DNA from: Octopus bimaculoides
Taxonomy: Eukaryota
DNA: 64,000 nt
Assembly: GCF_001194135.2 (NCBI RefSeq)
Contig: NC_068986.1
Location: forward strand, 5,161,033-5,225,032
Direction of reading: 5' to 3'
The position numbers and the translations under genes were made by a program. Below are positions 24,801-40,269 of the stretch, piece after piece. The first letter of the stretch is position 1; every line of letters begins with the position of its first letter. Under the pieces are notes generated by a model that did not search any database, was not told the origin of the DNA, and saw only the letters and a list, made by a program, of their open reading frames with translations.

Positions 24801-27800
24801 TTTCTTATTTATTAATCAAGCATTTCACCTGACGAAGCTTTACAGATAGTTTTGTTTTGTTTAACTGATTGGTTATCTCATTCTTTCTACTTTAAAAATG
24901 ATTCTAATAGTTTCTTATCACATTTTATAATTTTCCTTGGACATTTAAATGCACTTCAAAAATTTTAATGTTTTTCACTGGAGCTCATTCAAACTGGTGA
25001 AGTTTTGCTTGGTTAAGGTGAAACCAACATCTACCACATAACCAGATTCTATCATTGACAAACAACCAAAGGTTGTTTATTTTCAGAAATGGGAACAAAC
25101 ATCTCTGTACTTTGAATTCTTGATCCAGAACAAGATCTAACATCTTCAGCGTCATTAATGTTGTGTTTTCTATTATTCACATCATACATTATCTTTCTTT
25201 TCCTTTGGTTTAATAGAATAACTCCGTTTTATATCATTCACATGACGCATCATCCTTCTTTTCGTTCTGTTTAATAGATTAATTCACTTTTCTTTTCTTT
25301 TCAGCATGCATGTATTTATTTATTTAATGTAAAGATTCAAATCCAGTTAAAGTTTTAGTAATGTCTATTTTATTTATGAAAAGGTTTTTTTTTTCTCCCA
25401 TCAAGTATGAAGGTTCAAATCTTCTTAAAGTTATATATTCTATTGTACATTGTTGTTTCTTCAACCACTAAAATATATCAAAGCATACTTCTGCAGATCA
25501 TGGATGTGGAAAGAACTTCAATATGGAATAATTGTAATAATAGGATAGGGCTGAGAAGTAAACATTGCACATTAAATGTTTTGATGAACTCCTTAACAAC
25601 TCCTACATTGCTGCTGATGGCATCTCTCTACATAGCTAGCCCAGCTCTCACAAGCTATTTATCTATACCTCATTTTTTTATTAATCACCCGAGTACAGGG
25701 AATTATATTCTGTCCAAGGCCTTTTGCAGATCAACAAATACTTGGTAGTAGTCTGCTCTTTTGTCTCACTGAGAAGAGACCATCAGACCTACCCCATTCT
25801 GGCATAAATCTGAACTGCATCTTATCTAAGCTAATTCTTCTTCTGTTATTTTCGTAATTTGGTCAAACAATTTGATGCTTCTTTGAGATTTTTTTTATCT
25901 TTCTAGAGCACCCCTTTTGTCCTTTTAGTTGTTGAAGATGTTATTATTACACCAGTCATGGAGTATGTTGCTTCCTGTACCAGCTGACTGAGTATGCAAG
26001 TGACATGTGTATTCCCTGATAGTCCAATAGCTTTTTCTGCCTTCATATCTTTAATCATTCTATCTACTATGTAACTGTCAACTTCAGTAGCTATTGGGTA
26101 TACTTGAGGTGATCTCTCTTTCTCTCACACATTGCCCACATTCTGCAACTTCCCATAGTAGTATTTCCAAATCCATTTTCTCTTCAATGAAATAAGTGCA
26201 CCATTGTCATTCCATACACACTTTTCCTCATCAAAATCCTGACATGCTTCTGTACAATCTAGAACACAAGAAACCACTGATCGTCACATCACAGAATTTT
26301 GACAAATTTCTTATTTTTGGCTTTTCTCCAAGCTACATGTGTCTGATGTCCAGCTTCTCTTAAAATTACTTGATATTGTTTACTGCTCTCCACTTCCAAC
26401 CTTCCCAGGCCTGTCTCTTAGCTTTTATGGCTCTGTCTGCTCAATCATTCCATCATTATGTTACTTTTCATTTGGCTGATACCTCACTTCATTTTCAGAT
26501 CTGGTAATGGCATGCTAGATTGTTGGTTGTCCTCTATGCTATAGATCTGTCTCTTACTCCTTTTTTAGCAAATACTTCACCTAGAATTGCTTTAGACCTA
26601 CATCCAGCAGAAGGATCTTTCAGTTGCCATAACTTCCTTCAGATTGTCTTAACTTCCTTCAGAATCTCAGATTCTGTCCAACTCTTACTGTGAAGTTAAT
26701 AATCACTAGTCTTTCTTAAGTGAAACATGCTTCACCAGAGATAGGCTTAATGTTCACAATCATCTGTCTACCTTGTTTCCTGGTGAGTATGAAGCCAATC
26801 TGTCTTGTGAGCTTTCTTGATTGGGAGGGGGTCTGGTGATTTTTCAGTTTCCTGAAGTTAGGATTGCAAATGGTTTGGTCATTTGTATCACAGAACTCCA
26901 AGAACCTTGATCCCTTCTTATTGCTTGTGCTATATCTTAAGTCTCAATCTATGTTGACGTAGCCATCATGACATTGTTCAACTTGTCCATTAAGGAACTA
27001 GCTGTGATAACTGAGTTGCTGTCATTCATTATCAAGGTAGTTCACAAAGAGTCCGCATAGAAACTGTCAGCACAGCTAATACAACATTAAAAATACCTAA
27101 ACATATCCAGCTTCTTGTTCCTTATATTAACTAAGTGTAGAAATTGAACATTTTCTGTTAAATTTGTTTTTAAAATCCAATGTTTGCTGAGTTTAAAAAG
27201 AAGTTACATGTCAATTATATGTGTCAGTAAAACTTTCAATAGATCCACTTAAATATTCAAAAGAAATTTTCATTTTTTTTAATATTTAGAGAATCTGTTG
27301 AACAGTAATGTTGTTACATCATTTGTGCTGTGTAGTTTTTATTTTGTACATACAAAGATATTACTGGAGTCTTTCATATAAACCAACACTGCAACTGTGA
27401 AGTTGCTTTTATTTTTGCACAAACATACTTTGTCATCTTTGAATAATGCAGAACAATTATATCCTGTCTGTGAATACTGGAAATCTTGATTTCATTTATT
27501 TAATCAAACCATTGTTATTTCTAATGTTTTCAGGCGATCAATTAGAAGGTAAAACAAAAGCAAAGTTTCTGACTATTTATATATATATATATAAATATAT
27601 ATCTTTCCCTGGCTTATCCTATCTTTGCATGCAAAATTACATGTATGTACAGTGACAAATTTTCTTTACTTTTTTTGTGTGTCTGTGTGTTTTCCTTTTC
27701 TATTTCTTTTAATTTCAATTTCAGCATTCAAATTTGTTCCTTTCCAAAATACAAGTAGTTGAAAAAATATTTATTCCTAAGAAATAGTTCAGCTCTTTTC

Positions 27801-30290
27801 CCTCCATCTTCAGAAAATACTAACATTTCTCAAATTTATATTTATTTTTAATAATCATTTAAAAGCTTTAGAATTAGCTAATGGAAAATAGTAAATATTT
27901 TCTATATTCCATACATTGTAAATTTTACAGCTATAAGCAGCAAATTGTTAGAGTATTGCAGTATTCATTTTAGGTCTCCGCACCTTGATTTCAAATTCTG
28001 CTGAGGTCAGCTTTGCCTTTCATCTTTTTGAGGTTGATAAATGAAGTATCAGTTCAGTACTGGAGTTCCTTCTCTCTTTCTTGGATTATACTTGTAATTC
28101 AAATATCCAACTCTGTCACTGGCATGAGAATTGCAAAAGGGTTCATATGTCTAAGGAATATGCAGCCACTTACATGTTAGGTTCACAAATAGAAATTCAG
28201 TTGATTGAACTACTGAATGCTTATCAATGAGATCAACAGAGAACCTACCTTCAGTCACTCTCAGCTGTGGTAGTTTAGCTATTTCTCACTACATTAATGC
28301 ATCTGTTAGCCCCATCTTCAAAATATTTGAAATAATTCATATTTTATGTTCCCTCTATTAAATATTTTTATTCTGTTTTGTAAATTTACTTTATTTGTTC
28401 TTATACTTTTCTTGACTTGATCAATATTTCTATTATTCCTTATTCTCTCTTATTCTTTATTCTATAATCATTAGTTTTACTCTATAAATTGTTAGTTTTA
28501 AAAATAAGATGAATGCTTTTAGTTTTCCACTTGAGGAATTCCTGATTTGAGAATTTAAATTAAGCTACCTTTCAAATATATTATATTACCCTATTTATTC
28601 ATATTTTGATGTATTTCTTATATCTACATCACTTATGTAGACCTATAAATTAGTTCTTCCTATTTTACCCATAACTCTTTATTCTCTATGAACAACTTTA
28701 TAATCAATTCTTACCTCTGTGTTGGTTTCCTTCTTTCTTCTGATAGCTAATCCTGCCCTAAATTCATTTAACACCACCTAAAAGATTATAACTCGAGTAA
28801 CTCTAAAATATTTTATAAATTCTTCCTATGTGTACTTCTAAATAGGACTTTACAGAATCTATATTCGTTGCTTTTAGTTGCTGTGAAGTTGGTTTTTAAT
28901 TTTTGCACAAAGGTATCTTGTCCACTATTTTCTTTTGATAATTGTTAATATACAGCTTATGTATTAATATGCTGTTGTAATTATCTTACTTAGAAATTAA
29001 TTGTTTCTGATTTAAATTAAATTCTCTGTCACTGTGCGTACATGTACACCATGGTATGGTTTGCTTTGAAATGCATGATAAAACTTATCATCACCCAGCA
29101 AACTATTATCAATGGCATTGCTTCTGTAGCATAACTCTTTCTATTAGTCTCATTTCCTTAAAGATCCTGTTTGAATTATATATATTGATATAGTCATTAG
29201 AAGTAATAGTAGTTAATTATGTGTCACTTTTAAACTAGTTCTTCATTCAAATTTGCCTTTATTTCTTTTAAAGAATTGTTAGTTTCTCTTATTGCACTGG
29301 TTGATTTCAACTTTGTCACAACAATAATTATTATAATGTTGACATATATTATGTAGTTTCAAATATAATAAATTGCATGCTGTAAGCAGCTGTAATCTCA
29401 TAATAAATTTCTGGATGCTATGAGCAAAAATGTCTTAACGATCCTGTTATATTTTTTAATTGTATTTCAACTGTAATTTGAAACTTTAGAAACTAGATTT
29501 TTCAGATTCTAAACATAAAATACTCAGCAATTTGTAGATGTTTTAAGACAAAATATTTGTAAAGTTGAAAAGTTGGATATCTGTCTTGAGATAACATGTT
29601 TTTCTTGGAGCTAAGTGATTAAAATCCAATGAAATGATTGTAGTAGTCATCAGTTAATAGCAGTTACATGAGAAAGTTCATGAACAAGTTGGTTTAAAAC
29701 TGATTTAGACATACATTAACTTAGTCAAACATCAATTAAACTAATTAAGGTAATAAGTTAGTTTTAAGCTTTGATTTCATGGATGGGAACTACCTCTAAA
29801 CAAGTATTTTCTTTTGAAAAGCTACAAAATTTATAATTACTCTTCTAAATTACTATGGGATATTTGCAACTGTTCAGAATACAACAGTTTAGTATAGCTT
29901 ACATTCCTGTATTTGAACTTAGAAAAGTCACTATTTCTATAACATATTTCTGATACATGAGCATAACATCTTCATCTTTTTCTGATATGTATTAGCCAAA
30001 AAAATTATTTGATGAATGAATTTGCCTGAATTCTTTTTATGGTTATGGGCTTAAACTACCCTATCTCTTTTTTTTTTATTTAAATAATTTTCCCATTTGC
30101 AATTTTGTTTCATTTGCTAAGTAAAATTGAAATACAATATTATGCATTTCAACAAAACTAGATTGACAAACTTTAAAACTCCATACAATTATGCAAATTT
30201 CAAAATGACACCATATAATTTCATGCTGCATAAATTTATATTTGTCTATGCAAAGTAATTTAAGAACAAATAAGTTTTGTGTGTGTGTGT

Positions 30291-30340
<50 letters not shown>

Positions 30341-32820
30341 TCATCATCATTTAACACCCATTGTACATGCTGGCATGGGTTGGACAATATGTGTGTGTGT
30401 ATATGTAGATATAGATATATCAAGACATAATAACGAAGAATGAAGAGCTATACATCTTCAAAATTTATTTGCTAAAAATCATTTTCTTCATATTACATTC
30501 CGACATGTTCTTGATGAATAATAGTTCACTAATATGGACTCAGTAAATGCAATTAATAGAAAAAATATAAATAATAATGATGATATAACTAGTAATAATA
30601 ATAGCTATCCAGATGAAGTGGAGCATGATATAAATAAAAGTAAGAATGTAGTGAACGTTTATATTGATAACAATAGTAATGGAAACGATAATGAATTTAT
30701 TGAAGCTGGTGTAAGGGAGGTAAATGAACCCTGATCACACCTATGCAATGAATGGCCTGGGCAGTGAATCCAGTGGCACACTTAGTATGGTATACTGTGC
30801 TGGTAATATTCATACAGTAATACTTGATTCTCAAAACAAAGTTTATTATGCATTATTTACATTCAACGGATATTTGTCTTCATCTTGTTTGTTGTTAACA
30901 ACAAACAAGATGAGGACAAATATCTGTCGAATGGAAATAATGTACATAATTCCTCATCTCTTAAATATAGAAAAGATTATAATACTTCTGTCAATAATAA
31001 ACATAGGGTTACTGATAAAAAATGTCCTTGTAATTGTAGAAACAACTTAATGTGTCTGCTTGCAAAATAATATTTTAGAAATAATTTAGTATATAAATGT
31101 ACAGTAACAGTTGAAGGTATTTCAAAAATTACACAAGTTCTTTCTTTACAGATTTTAAATAAAGAATACATAATTATCTTTCTTCTTCCAAATACAGAAA
31201 AAAAAATTAATCATATAAATTAAATTATATAAATGTACAGTAACAATTGAAGGTATTTCAAACTTTTACATAAATTCTTTCTCTGCAGACTTTAAAAAAA
31301 GGAATACATGATTATCTTCTTTTTAAATTAGAAAAAAATTAATTGTACTTAAGTAAGTTCATTTGAACTTTGAATGATAAAAGCACCAAATATGACATTA
31401 AATGGACAATTATTAGTAGTGGTTCACCTGATACTAGTGGGAATTAGAAATGTGATTTCTGCCTTGAAGAAATATTCCATATCTTTACATCTAAATGTAG
31501 GTTATTAAACTGCGGAAATGAATTAGCAATAAAATGTTAACATTCATGTAGAAAAAACGTTTAAATATTTTTCAAATAAGTGATTTTAGTTTGAACTCAC
31601 TTAGACAGAAGGGCACATAAATAAACCTAGTCATATTCACAAATTTATTTGATATAGGTTTATCTATAACACTAATCTCCAACTGCTAGGATAGCCTTTC
31701 AATTATATTGTTTATTTGTTTTGTTTTGTTTTTCTATTAAGAAAACTAATCATATTTTATTTTATTCAATTCAATTGATATTAATCTTAATATTTTAGCA
31801 TTATAATATTCTATTATAAGGTGGCAAGCTGGTAGAATTGTTAGCATGCTGAACAAAATGTTTAGCAGCATTTTATCATCTTTACATTGTGAGTTCAAAT
31901 TCCACCAAGAATGACTTTGTCTTTCATCCTTTCGGGTCAACAAAACAAGTACTAATTGAGCACTGGAGTCGATGTAATCAACTTACTCCCTCCCAGAAAT
32001 TGCTGGCCTTGTGCCTAAATTTGAAACCAATATTATAATTTTCCCTTATGGATAAGTCAAGTTACCCAGCAAAAATCAATATTAACTTCTTCTTTGTTTC
32101 TATTTTTTAAAATTCATTCATTTATTTTATATTACTGTGATGTTAATACATCCTGACCTATTTAAGGTGCCTTCTACTACTAAGAATAACACAGTAATCT
32201 TTTTCTTTACTGTTTGAAGAGATCATTTTAAGTTTAAATAAAACCAGAACTACGGACATATCATAGTTCACTATTATCTCCATTGCCTTTTGCCCTAATC
32301 TTTTATATTCCCACACCAAGAGTATATCTTAGGAACTCATACCTAATACTTGAACATTCAGCTCCCTTCAGCCACTGCTTTGGGAAACACCCTGTATAAA
32401 GCTGTATAGGATCGTCAACCATTGGATTTGAACATGTATTACACTTGATTAATCAACTAAATGTCTAAAAGTATCACATTAAAAGACCCCGAGGCATTTA
32501 TGCAGCAGAAGCACATGTTGAAATGTAATATGAAGAAAATGCTTTTTAATAAATTAATTTTGAAGATGTATAATTCTACATTCTTCATTATCATGTCTTG
32601 ATAATATACCTTATATTCTACATGAAATCGATTGAAGCGAGCTCAGGATTTACCAGTCGAATGAAGTACAGTTTAATTGTTTATTCTAAATCTTTCCTAT
32701 CATTCAATGTGGTTAGCTAAGACTGGATTTTATCAGAATGCTCGTAAGGTATCTGCACAAACTTAAAATCCCTATTCCTTTGTGTTATATAGCTAAATAT
32801 GTATGGATACATTATATGTA

Positions 32821-32865
<45 letters not shown>

Positions 32866-35800
32866 TCTCTATATATTATGAGTTTGATTAGGCATAGCAA
32901 TACTGATAATGTGTTGTTAGAAGTCAATATACATATGCTTTAGAATGAAGTGTTAGGCAAGTGCAGAGCATAATACAAATTATTAAATGACAAAGGAATT
33001 ACATAGTCAGCTTCATTAGCTTACAACTGTTTCTATTATAAGAAGCAGTGCACTCAGAGCTGAGTGCTTGTGCATCATCTTATAGCTTTCTCAGATCGTT
33101 TAAAAAGAAGTATATATTTATTTCAAAAGGCATTTAAATACATAGAAAATATTACCTTCAAAACAGTGTGTGTAAGGCAATACAATTTGAAGGAAGCCAC
33201 CCTCAGAAATATGCAGACTAAGATAAACATATCTATTCACATAGGTGTATAATGAACATGCCACATAACTATTCGATGACAGGACATGTGTACAACCATT
33301 AATTTCAGACAAAAAAAATAAGTCTATGAAGACTGGTAGACTAATAGATGCATGTAAAATACAATGCAAAAGGAAACCATCTAAATTCTGATGGAAAAAT
33401 ATATTTTCTACCTTTGATGTGATGGCCTTACACAGATAAGGAGAGTGTATGGTTAAGTCATAAAACTGTGTGTATGCATATGTATACGTGTGTGTGTCTA
33501 AGTATGCATACATGCAGGTATCCTTGGATGTGTAAACAACTCTTTTGCTGTATGGGACATATAAGAGGACACTTTTCTCACCTCCTTCCTCCAGATGAAA
33601 CCCTATGTTTGGTTTAGCTGGTGAAGATTTATAATCCTTCCCCTTCCCACACTGTCCTTTATATATCTACATATCTATACACCACACTGCCCCTACCTCT
33701 CCTGGATTGTCTGTCCTGTTTTCCACTTCTGCCCCCTGTAAGTCAATCTTTCTGCTGACCTCTGTCTTACATTTCAAATGGCAACAATAATTCCTGTACC
33801 AACACAGTTGTTTTCCCTTGTATCATTATACAAATACACTTGTTGTTATAACTGAACTACCATCCCACCCCACCTCCCAAGTCCCATTGGTCAGCTTGTA
33901 TTTCCCAGGTATTTATATATGATGCTTGCATGTTTGTGAAATGAAATTTCAACTATGTCTGAGGATGAGTTTGGCATGACCGAGTGCTCTTTATTTATCA
34001 CATTTAGAATTTCCCATTATCAATTGCAAAAATGTGCATAACATATATGAAAGGAAAGAAATACCAAATTCATGCTATGTTTTTCTCTCACCAGTATGAG
34101 GGAAAAAAGGATAATAAAGCAAATGGAATGGCAAAGACAATGTTTGACAGATGTGTGTGTAAGTGTAGGAATGTGAAACATTTAAATAGCGAAGAATGGT
34201 TTAGACTAAAATATTGAAAAAAAAAAAGAGAAAATTTATGAGTTCTGTAGAAAGAAGAAAAGTGAAAGAAATAGGTTTTAAAAAATCACATATATACATA
34301 TATAAAATTATGAATATCGAAGTTTATGTTACTGAAAACAAAAGCAAGTTTTGTATTTAACATCAATTATGAAACAGATGCTTTATAAACACTTTTATAA
34401 TTAGCACTTTTTTTTACATTGATTTCTCGTATCTTTGCAAATCCTTTCAAATTATAGCTAACTTATTTCCATCACATAACTAACCTATGTCAATCTATCA
34501 GACATTTTAGAATCTCTCATGGCACATTTTGCTTTAATTGTTGAACTTATTTAAATCCACTTATAATATATTTCAATATTATATATTCACCAAATCTTAA
34601 CAACTTCTTAGTTACTAATGTTTGGTGTTTAATAATACCATACTAAAATGTATTCTGTAGTCACTTTTGTGTGTATGTCTGTCTGTGTATTAACATTTAA
34701 TACTATGGATGTATCCATTAAATTTGTAAGTATCTGGTTGATTTCTTTGCTATGAACTGATGTTTGTTGTCCATTGGTTTTGCATTGTATATCCTGCATG
34801 AGTATTCTGTATAAACCATACTTACTCCACTCATTTACTCATCTTTTCTGTGCTTACTCATTAAACTCATTCATATTTATAGACACTCACTGGATTAAAA
34901 ACATCCTTCATTTCATTACTGACCAATATGTACAATATGGATAATATGAAGTATCATTGAAGTACATTGTATTCATGTATTCACAAAACTAGTATTTAAC
35001 AGAATAATTATGCATTTTATTCTTTATCAATTTCAAATGATGTATTCATTAAATAAACAATGACACAATGTTCTTTTCTATGTTCAGAATATTTTGAATT
35101 ATTTGAAATGAGTTTTAAGTGTTTTATTTCTTAATTTTATCTCTAGGAATTTGTCTTGAGAAAAGAGTTTTCTACCGCATGATTTCTGGACTTCATACAA
35201 GTATCAATATACATTTGTCTGCAAAATACTTATTTCCAGGTAACTACAGAATTTTATACTGATTTGAAACCAATGCCAACATTATGTTGGTAAAGTTTCT
35301 ATTAAAAAGATAGCTTTCATATCACCATTTGTACTACTAGCATTATTTCTTCAAAGTTTATGGTTTTTGTGACTTTGATATGTAAATTTCCTTTCATTAG
35401 GGATCTAAAAGTAAATTTGTCATAAATGTCTTGTGTAGCCAGAGTAAGAAACTCCAATCGGGTACCTGTTTTGCAATATTATCTGATATCTTAATAAGTT
35501 TATATCTTAGATCTGTGATTACATTGATACTCACTGTTACATTTACACTGTATCTGTCAGTCACTTGACTACCACCTTCTCACAACAATAAACCTGTTCT
35601 TCCCATCCTATTTTTACTCCTCAACACTTTCCTAAAAGCACCAACCTCTCTCTCTCCTATCCTCAACCTTCCATCAGTTGGCTCTGCTGTCCTCATCGCC
35701 AGTCTATTGTGCAGGATGACAATGCTGTTGTCATTTTACAGTACTTAAGGATACCAAAAAATCATATTGATACATATGCTAAAATACTTTAAAATAACAA

Positions 35801-36022
35801 CACCTTTATCCTCTGGTACAATATGTTAGTGGTTAGAAAATCAGACCTAGTTGATGAAATAAAGATTGCAGGTTCAATCTCTGGCCTAGATCAGGATTAT
35901 CATCTGAAGATGACTGAGGAGAGTAAGGATACATCCAAGATGAGGTAAATAGCTTGGTAACAGATATCTATCTTGTCTCTTCGAAATTTGTAATTGATTT
36001 CTTTTGAAATCATTATGAAAAC

Positions 36023-36056
<34 letters not shown>

Positions 36057-39000
36057 CCATGAATTTTAATTCCAAATAAATATTATTTTGTAGATACTGT
36101 TTATAAACCTAGCAAATGGGGTATGAATGTAAAAGAATTCAAGCAAAGATTTGACCCAGAAACAACTGCCGGACAAGGCCCACAATGGTTGAAAAATCTA
36201 TATTTTACTTATTTAGTTGAACTAAGAGCCATTGCAAAAGCTTCACCTTACTTAGAAACGGTAATTTTTTCCTTTATGCTTACATGTCGGTGGAAATATA
36301 CTACCTTTTGATACTAACCCACCAGAGACCATCCATGATTTTATAACATAAACTTCTTTTAAAACAAGCCAAAGTAAAACCTCCCATCAAAGTTTCATAT
36401 TAATTAATGCTCCAAACAGTAGCTTAATATTGACAATGGTCTTTTACTAAATTCTTCATTAACTTCAAAATTAATTGAAACAAAGGCTATGTATTTCAAC
36501 AGAAATATGATAACGAAAGGTTTAACCCTTTAGCATTTAGATTGTTCTATCAAATTTAACATTCATTTATCCACAATGTTTTGAATTTATCCAGCATTAT
36601 CTTGTAACTTGAGAGATTTCAATTGTTTATTTTTCAGACAAACATTGTTGGGTAGTTGTGAGAAACTGGATCTGGCCAGTTTAAACATAAAACAGAAAGA
36701 ATATTTTGGCCAGTTTAAAGGGTTAAATATACATTTGTTGTTAATTTCTTTTTCAGTAAAGTTAGTTTGAAATATATCATCATCTTTCAATGTCCATTTT
36801 CCCTACTGGCGTGGGTTGAAAAGTTTGACTGGAGCTGGTTAGGCCAGGAGCTACACTAGGCTCCATTGTCTGTTCTTGCATGGTTTCTATTGTTGGACGC
36901 CCTTCCTAATGTCAACCACTCCACAGAGTGTATTGGGTGCTTTTTATGCGGCACCAGTATTAATTCTTCTGTGGCAGGTGGGTCTTCCTGAGTATCATTG
37001 AAAGCACTCTTATGCACACACATATATACATGGATTCTGATGGTATAAGCATCCATGTAGGTTGAGAAATTCATTTCCCAACCATGTTTTTACATTCAAT
37101 TCTACTATGTGTGTATCCTTGTCTTAGCATTGAGTTATGTTTGTAGGTGGGTGTTACCAGCATACAAGCAGTGCCATTCATTTGTAGTCTTCTATATAAT
37201 CATGTCTAGCCAAGGAGAAATATTACCTTACTTAGAAGCAGTTGGTGGAAATGGGTTGGCAACAGGAAGGGCATCTAGCTGTAGGAAGTTTGTCTCAATG
37301 AATTTCATCTGACCTGTGCAAACATGGAAAAGTGGATATTAAAATGATTGTGTATCTCACCTGTATATTCACATGGAGAAATATGATGGTATATCCATCC
37401 ATGTATCTTATACACATATTCACATGAAGGATTATGATGGCATATACTGCTATGAAAGATAGTATATCCATCATGCATCTTATGCATGTATATTCAAATG
37501 TGAGGTCTATGATGATACACATGGTGAATTATGAGGGTGTATTCATCCATACATTTCATACAGATGTACACATGGAGGATTCCGTGGGTATATCCATCCA
37601 TGAAGGATTATGATCATGTGTCTATTCATGTGATTATCATGTGATATCCTTTTGGGTGACTTCACAACAATATGGATAACAGTGATTTCAAAAAGCTATC
37701 AAAGTAGCCTCTATATAGTCACTCAACCTGCCAGAAATAGCAAGCAAATACCCTCGGATTACAGCCTACCTCTTCAAAAAAAAAAAAGAAAGGACACGTT
37801 GTTCAATGTGGTGCTAGGTATTAAAAAAAACAATATTGTCAGGTTAACAGATTGATCTGATGCTAAATAACAACAAAGATTTAGACACAAAGTGTACATA
37901 GCTGTATAAGTCTGCTTTTATAGTAAACAGCAACAAAATTCACAAAACAGAAACTGCAGGTTATAGTGGAGGCCTGTTCGTGTTAATTAAACCATTCTCA
38001 TTCATGATTAAGAAAGTTGAATAAGGAGCAACATCCAACTGTAAAGCTCTTCTTCCAATTTTCAGGCCCCTATTCTATTGCAAACTTCTTAGAAACAACA
38101 GTTAATTCTCCCTGAAATCACACCACTACAGCCTTAAAAATAGGAAGAACACATTAGATAATCCAGTCTTAAACAAGTGGAACATTTTGATTACTGATTT
38201 GTGTGAACAGAGTTAACGTAGGAGTAGACCACTCTTCTTCCAATAATATTTATGCAATTATCCAAATTTTCTAGAACATTCAAGTTAGCATGGGAGAAGG
38301 CGACTGAAATAATTTAAAATGTTTACTATTCTGAAAATATCTATTTCTTGTTTTTCTCTAACCTTTTTCCATGAAAATCAGATGTAGCTACTTATAATTT
38401 CATTACCCTTAACTACAGAAAATATTTTTATATCTCGACCTAAACTTTGTTGAGGAATATCATGAGTGAAGCTATTTTTTGTTGAGGCTTGTCAAGTTTA
38501 TTAAGTCAACATGACTTGCAGAAAATACCAAAAATATTATTTGGCAGATATTTAACATCATTACTGGAGTAACCATGAAATTTAATTTTGCAGTGAAAGG
38601 GTTAACTTCTTGGTCTTTATTTTTATTCTTTTTCAAATGTAATTTCAATTTTCTTAACCAAAATAGCTTTTATAAAAATGTCTACAGTATTTAACTTTTT
38701 TCTCTTCTCTCTCTATAGTTAATAGATAATTTACATATAGGTTTATTAACCATCCATTTTCTCTTTCTTTCATTCTTTAAAGGAATCTTTCTACACTGGT
38801 AATGAAACAAATGATCTTAAGGTGAAACATGATATAAAAAAATTCTTGGATACTGTGCGGTAAGTTAAAAATGCAAAAGTTACTGTGTAGTTGTTTTATG
38901 ATACTAATAAAAATAGCTGAATCAGTAATCTTCTAATACATCGATGACACTTCAGAGAATTGCAAAGGATTATTAGGTACAAGAATGTATTTCCAGAATA

Positions 39001-40225
39001 GCGATCCAGGGTCATCTTAACAGCATTATAGAGACCCCAGGCAAAGCAGTGAACTGAAGCCTCCTCTAGTATTTATTTAACAGCAAGCCACAACAATTTC
39101 TAAATTGGCATTAGCCTCCTAAACATGTGCAGCCTCCTTTCCATCTTTGGCAACTGCCAAATGTGCTTATCATGTCTTAAGACAGTACTGATACCACTGT
39201 TAAAAATAAAAGGATGAATAAATATTTCTATGATTTGCTTTTCTCTAATTTAAAATTGTCCACTTCATAGTAATTTATATATCTAGCTTTTATTTTCTAA
39301 TATTAAATTTTTGAAATCTTAAGATACACTCATTCATGATTAGCATAACAAAACCAACATGATAATTGTTTATCCCTCCCCAAAATATATCCAGAATAAG
39401 CTTACAGTTAGAGAGAGACAGGTGGAGAAACATCATCATTAAAGAAGTGACTTGAATTAACCATGAATTATTTCATAGCTTCAAGATTTTGATGATGTGA
39501 TTGTTTATTTTTAGAATGACATTATAGAGTAAGTGTGAGAAGCTGGATCTGTTCAGCATACGCACGAAACAGGTAGAATATTAAGGCTGGTCGTAGCTGG
39601 TTTAAATGCTAAAAGGTTAAGCTGAATCATACAAAACAAAAGTAATGAAGATATAAGTAGTTAGCCAGTATCTCATAAAATAGATCTGCAGGGTGAAAAT
39701 TTAGACATATTTATAAATTGTTTGTCTGGTATTTCCAGTATTACCATTTCATTACATGATTTTTCAAGGTAGTTTTGTGAAATGTTCATCTTCATTATAT
39801 TACATCAATATTCCATGCTGGCATGGGTTGGATGGGTTGTAACAGTCCAAATCAGTTCTTATTCATATTTACTACTCACCTAGATAGGTCGGAGAAACAC
39901 ATTTTTACACATGCACTTTATTTTTGGTTTGTTTTCTATAGCTAGATGCCCTTCCTATCATCAACTGCTTTACAAAGTATACTGGGTGTATTTGAGCAAC
40001 AAAAAACTTAAAACACTCCATGAACATTGTCATCAATATCATCTTCATCATCATCAAAACATTGTTATTCATGAAAACAAAGAAAATGTATTTTATGAAA
40101 TAGCTGTATGATTTTTTTTTTCAATACAATATCTTTTCAGATCATTTAATGATCATTTTGATGAAAGCAAACTTTTCCAGGGAGATTCTATACAAGCTAA
40201 AAAACTTAAAGTATGAAATTATTAT

Positions 40226-40269
<44 letters not shown>

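Noticed and set aside
30534-30734. Asn-rich ORF as an independent nested gene
   Set aside because: Low complexity, no domain or splice evidence, and embedded in retroelement debris.
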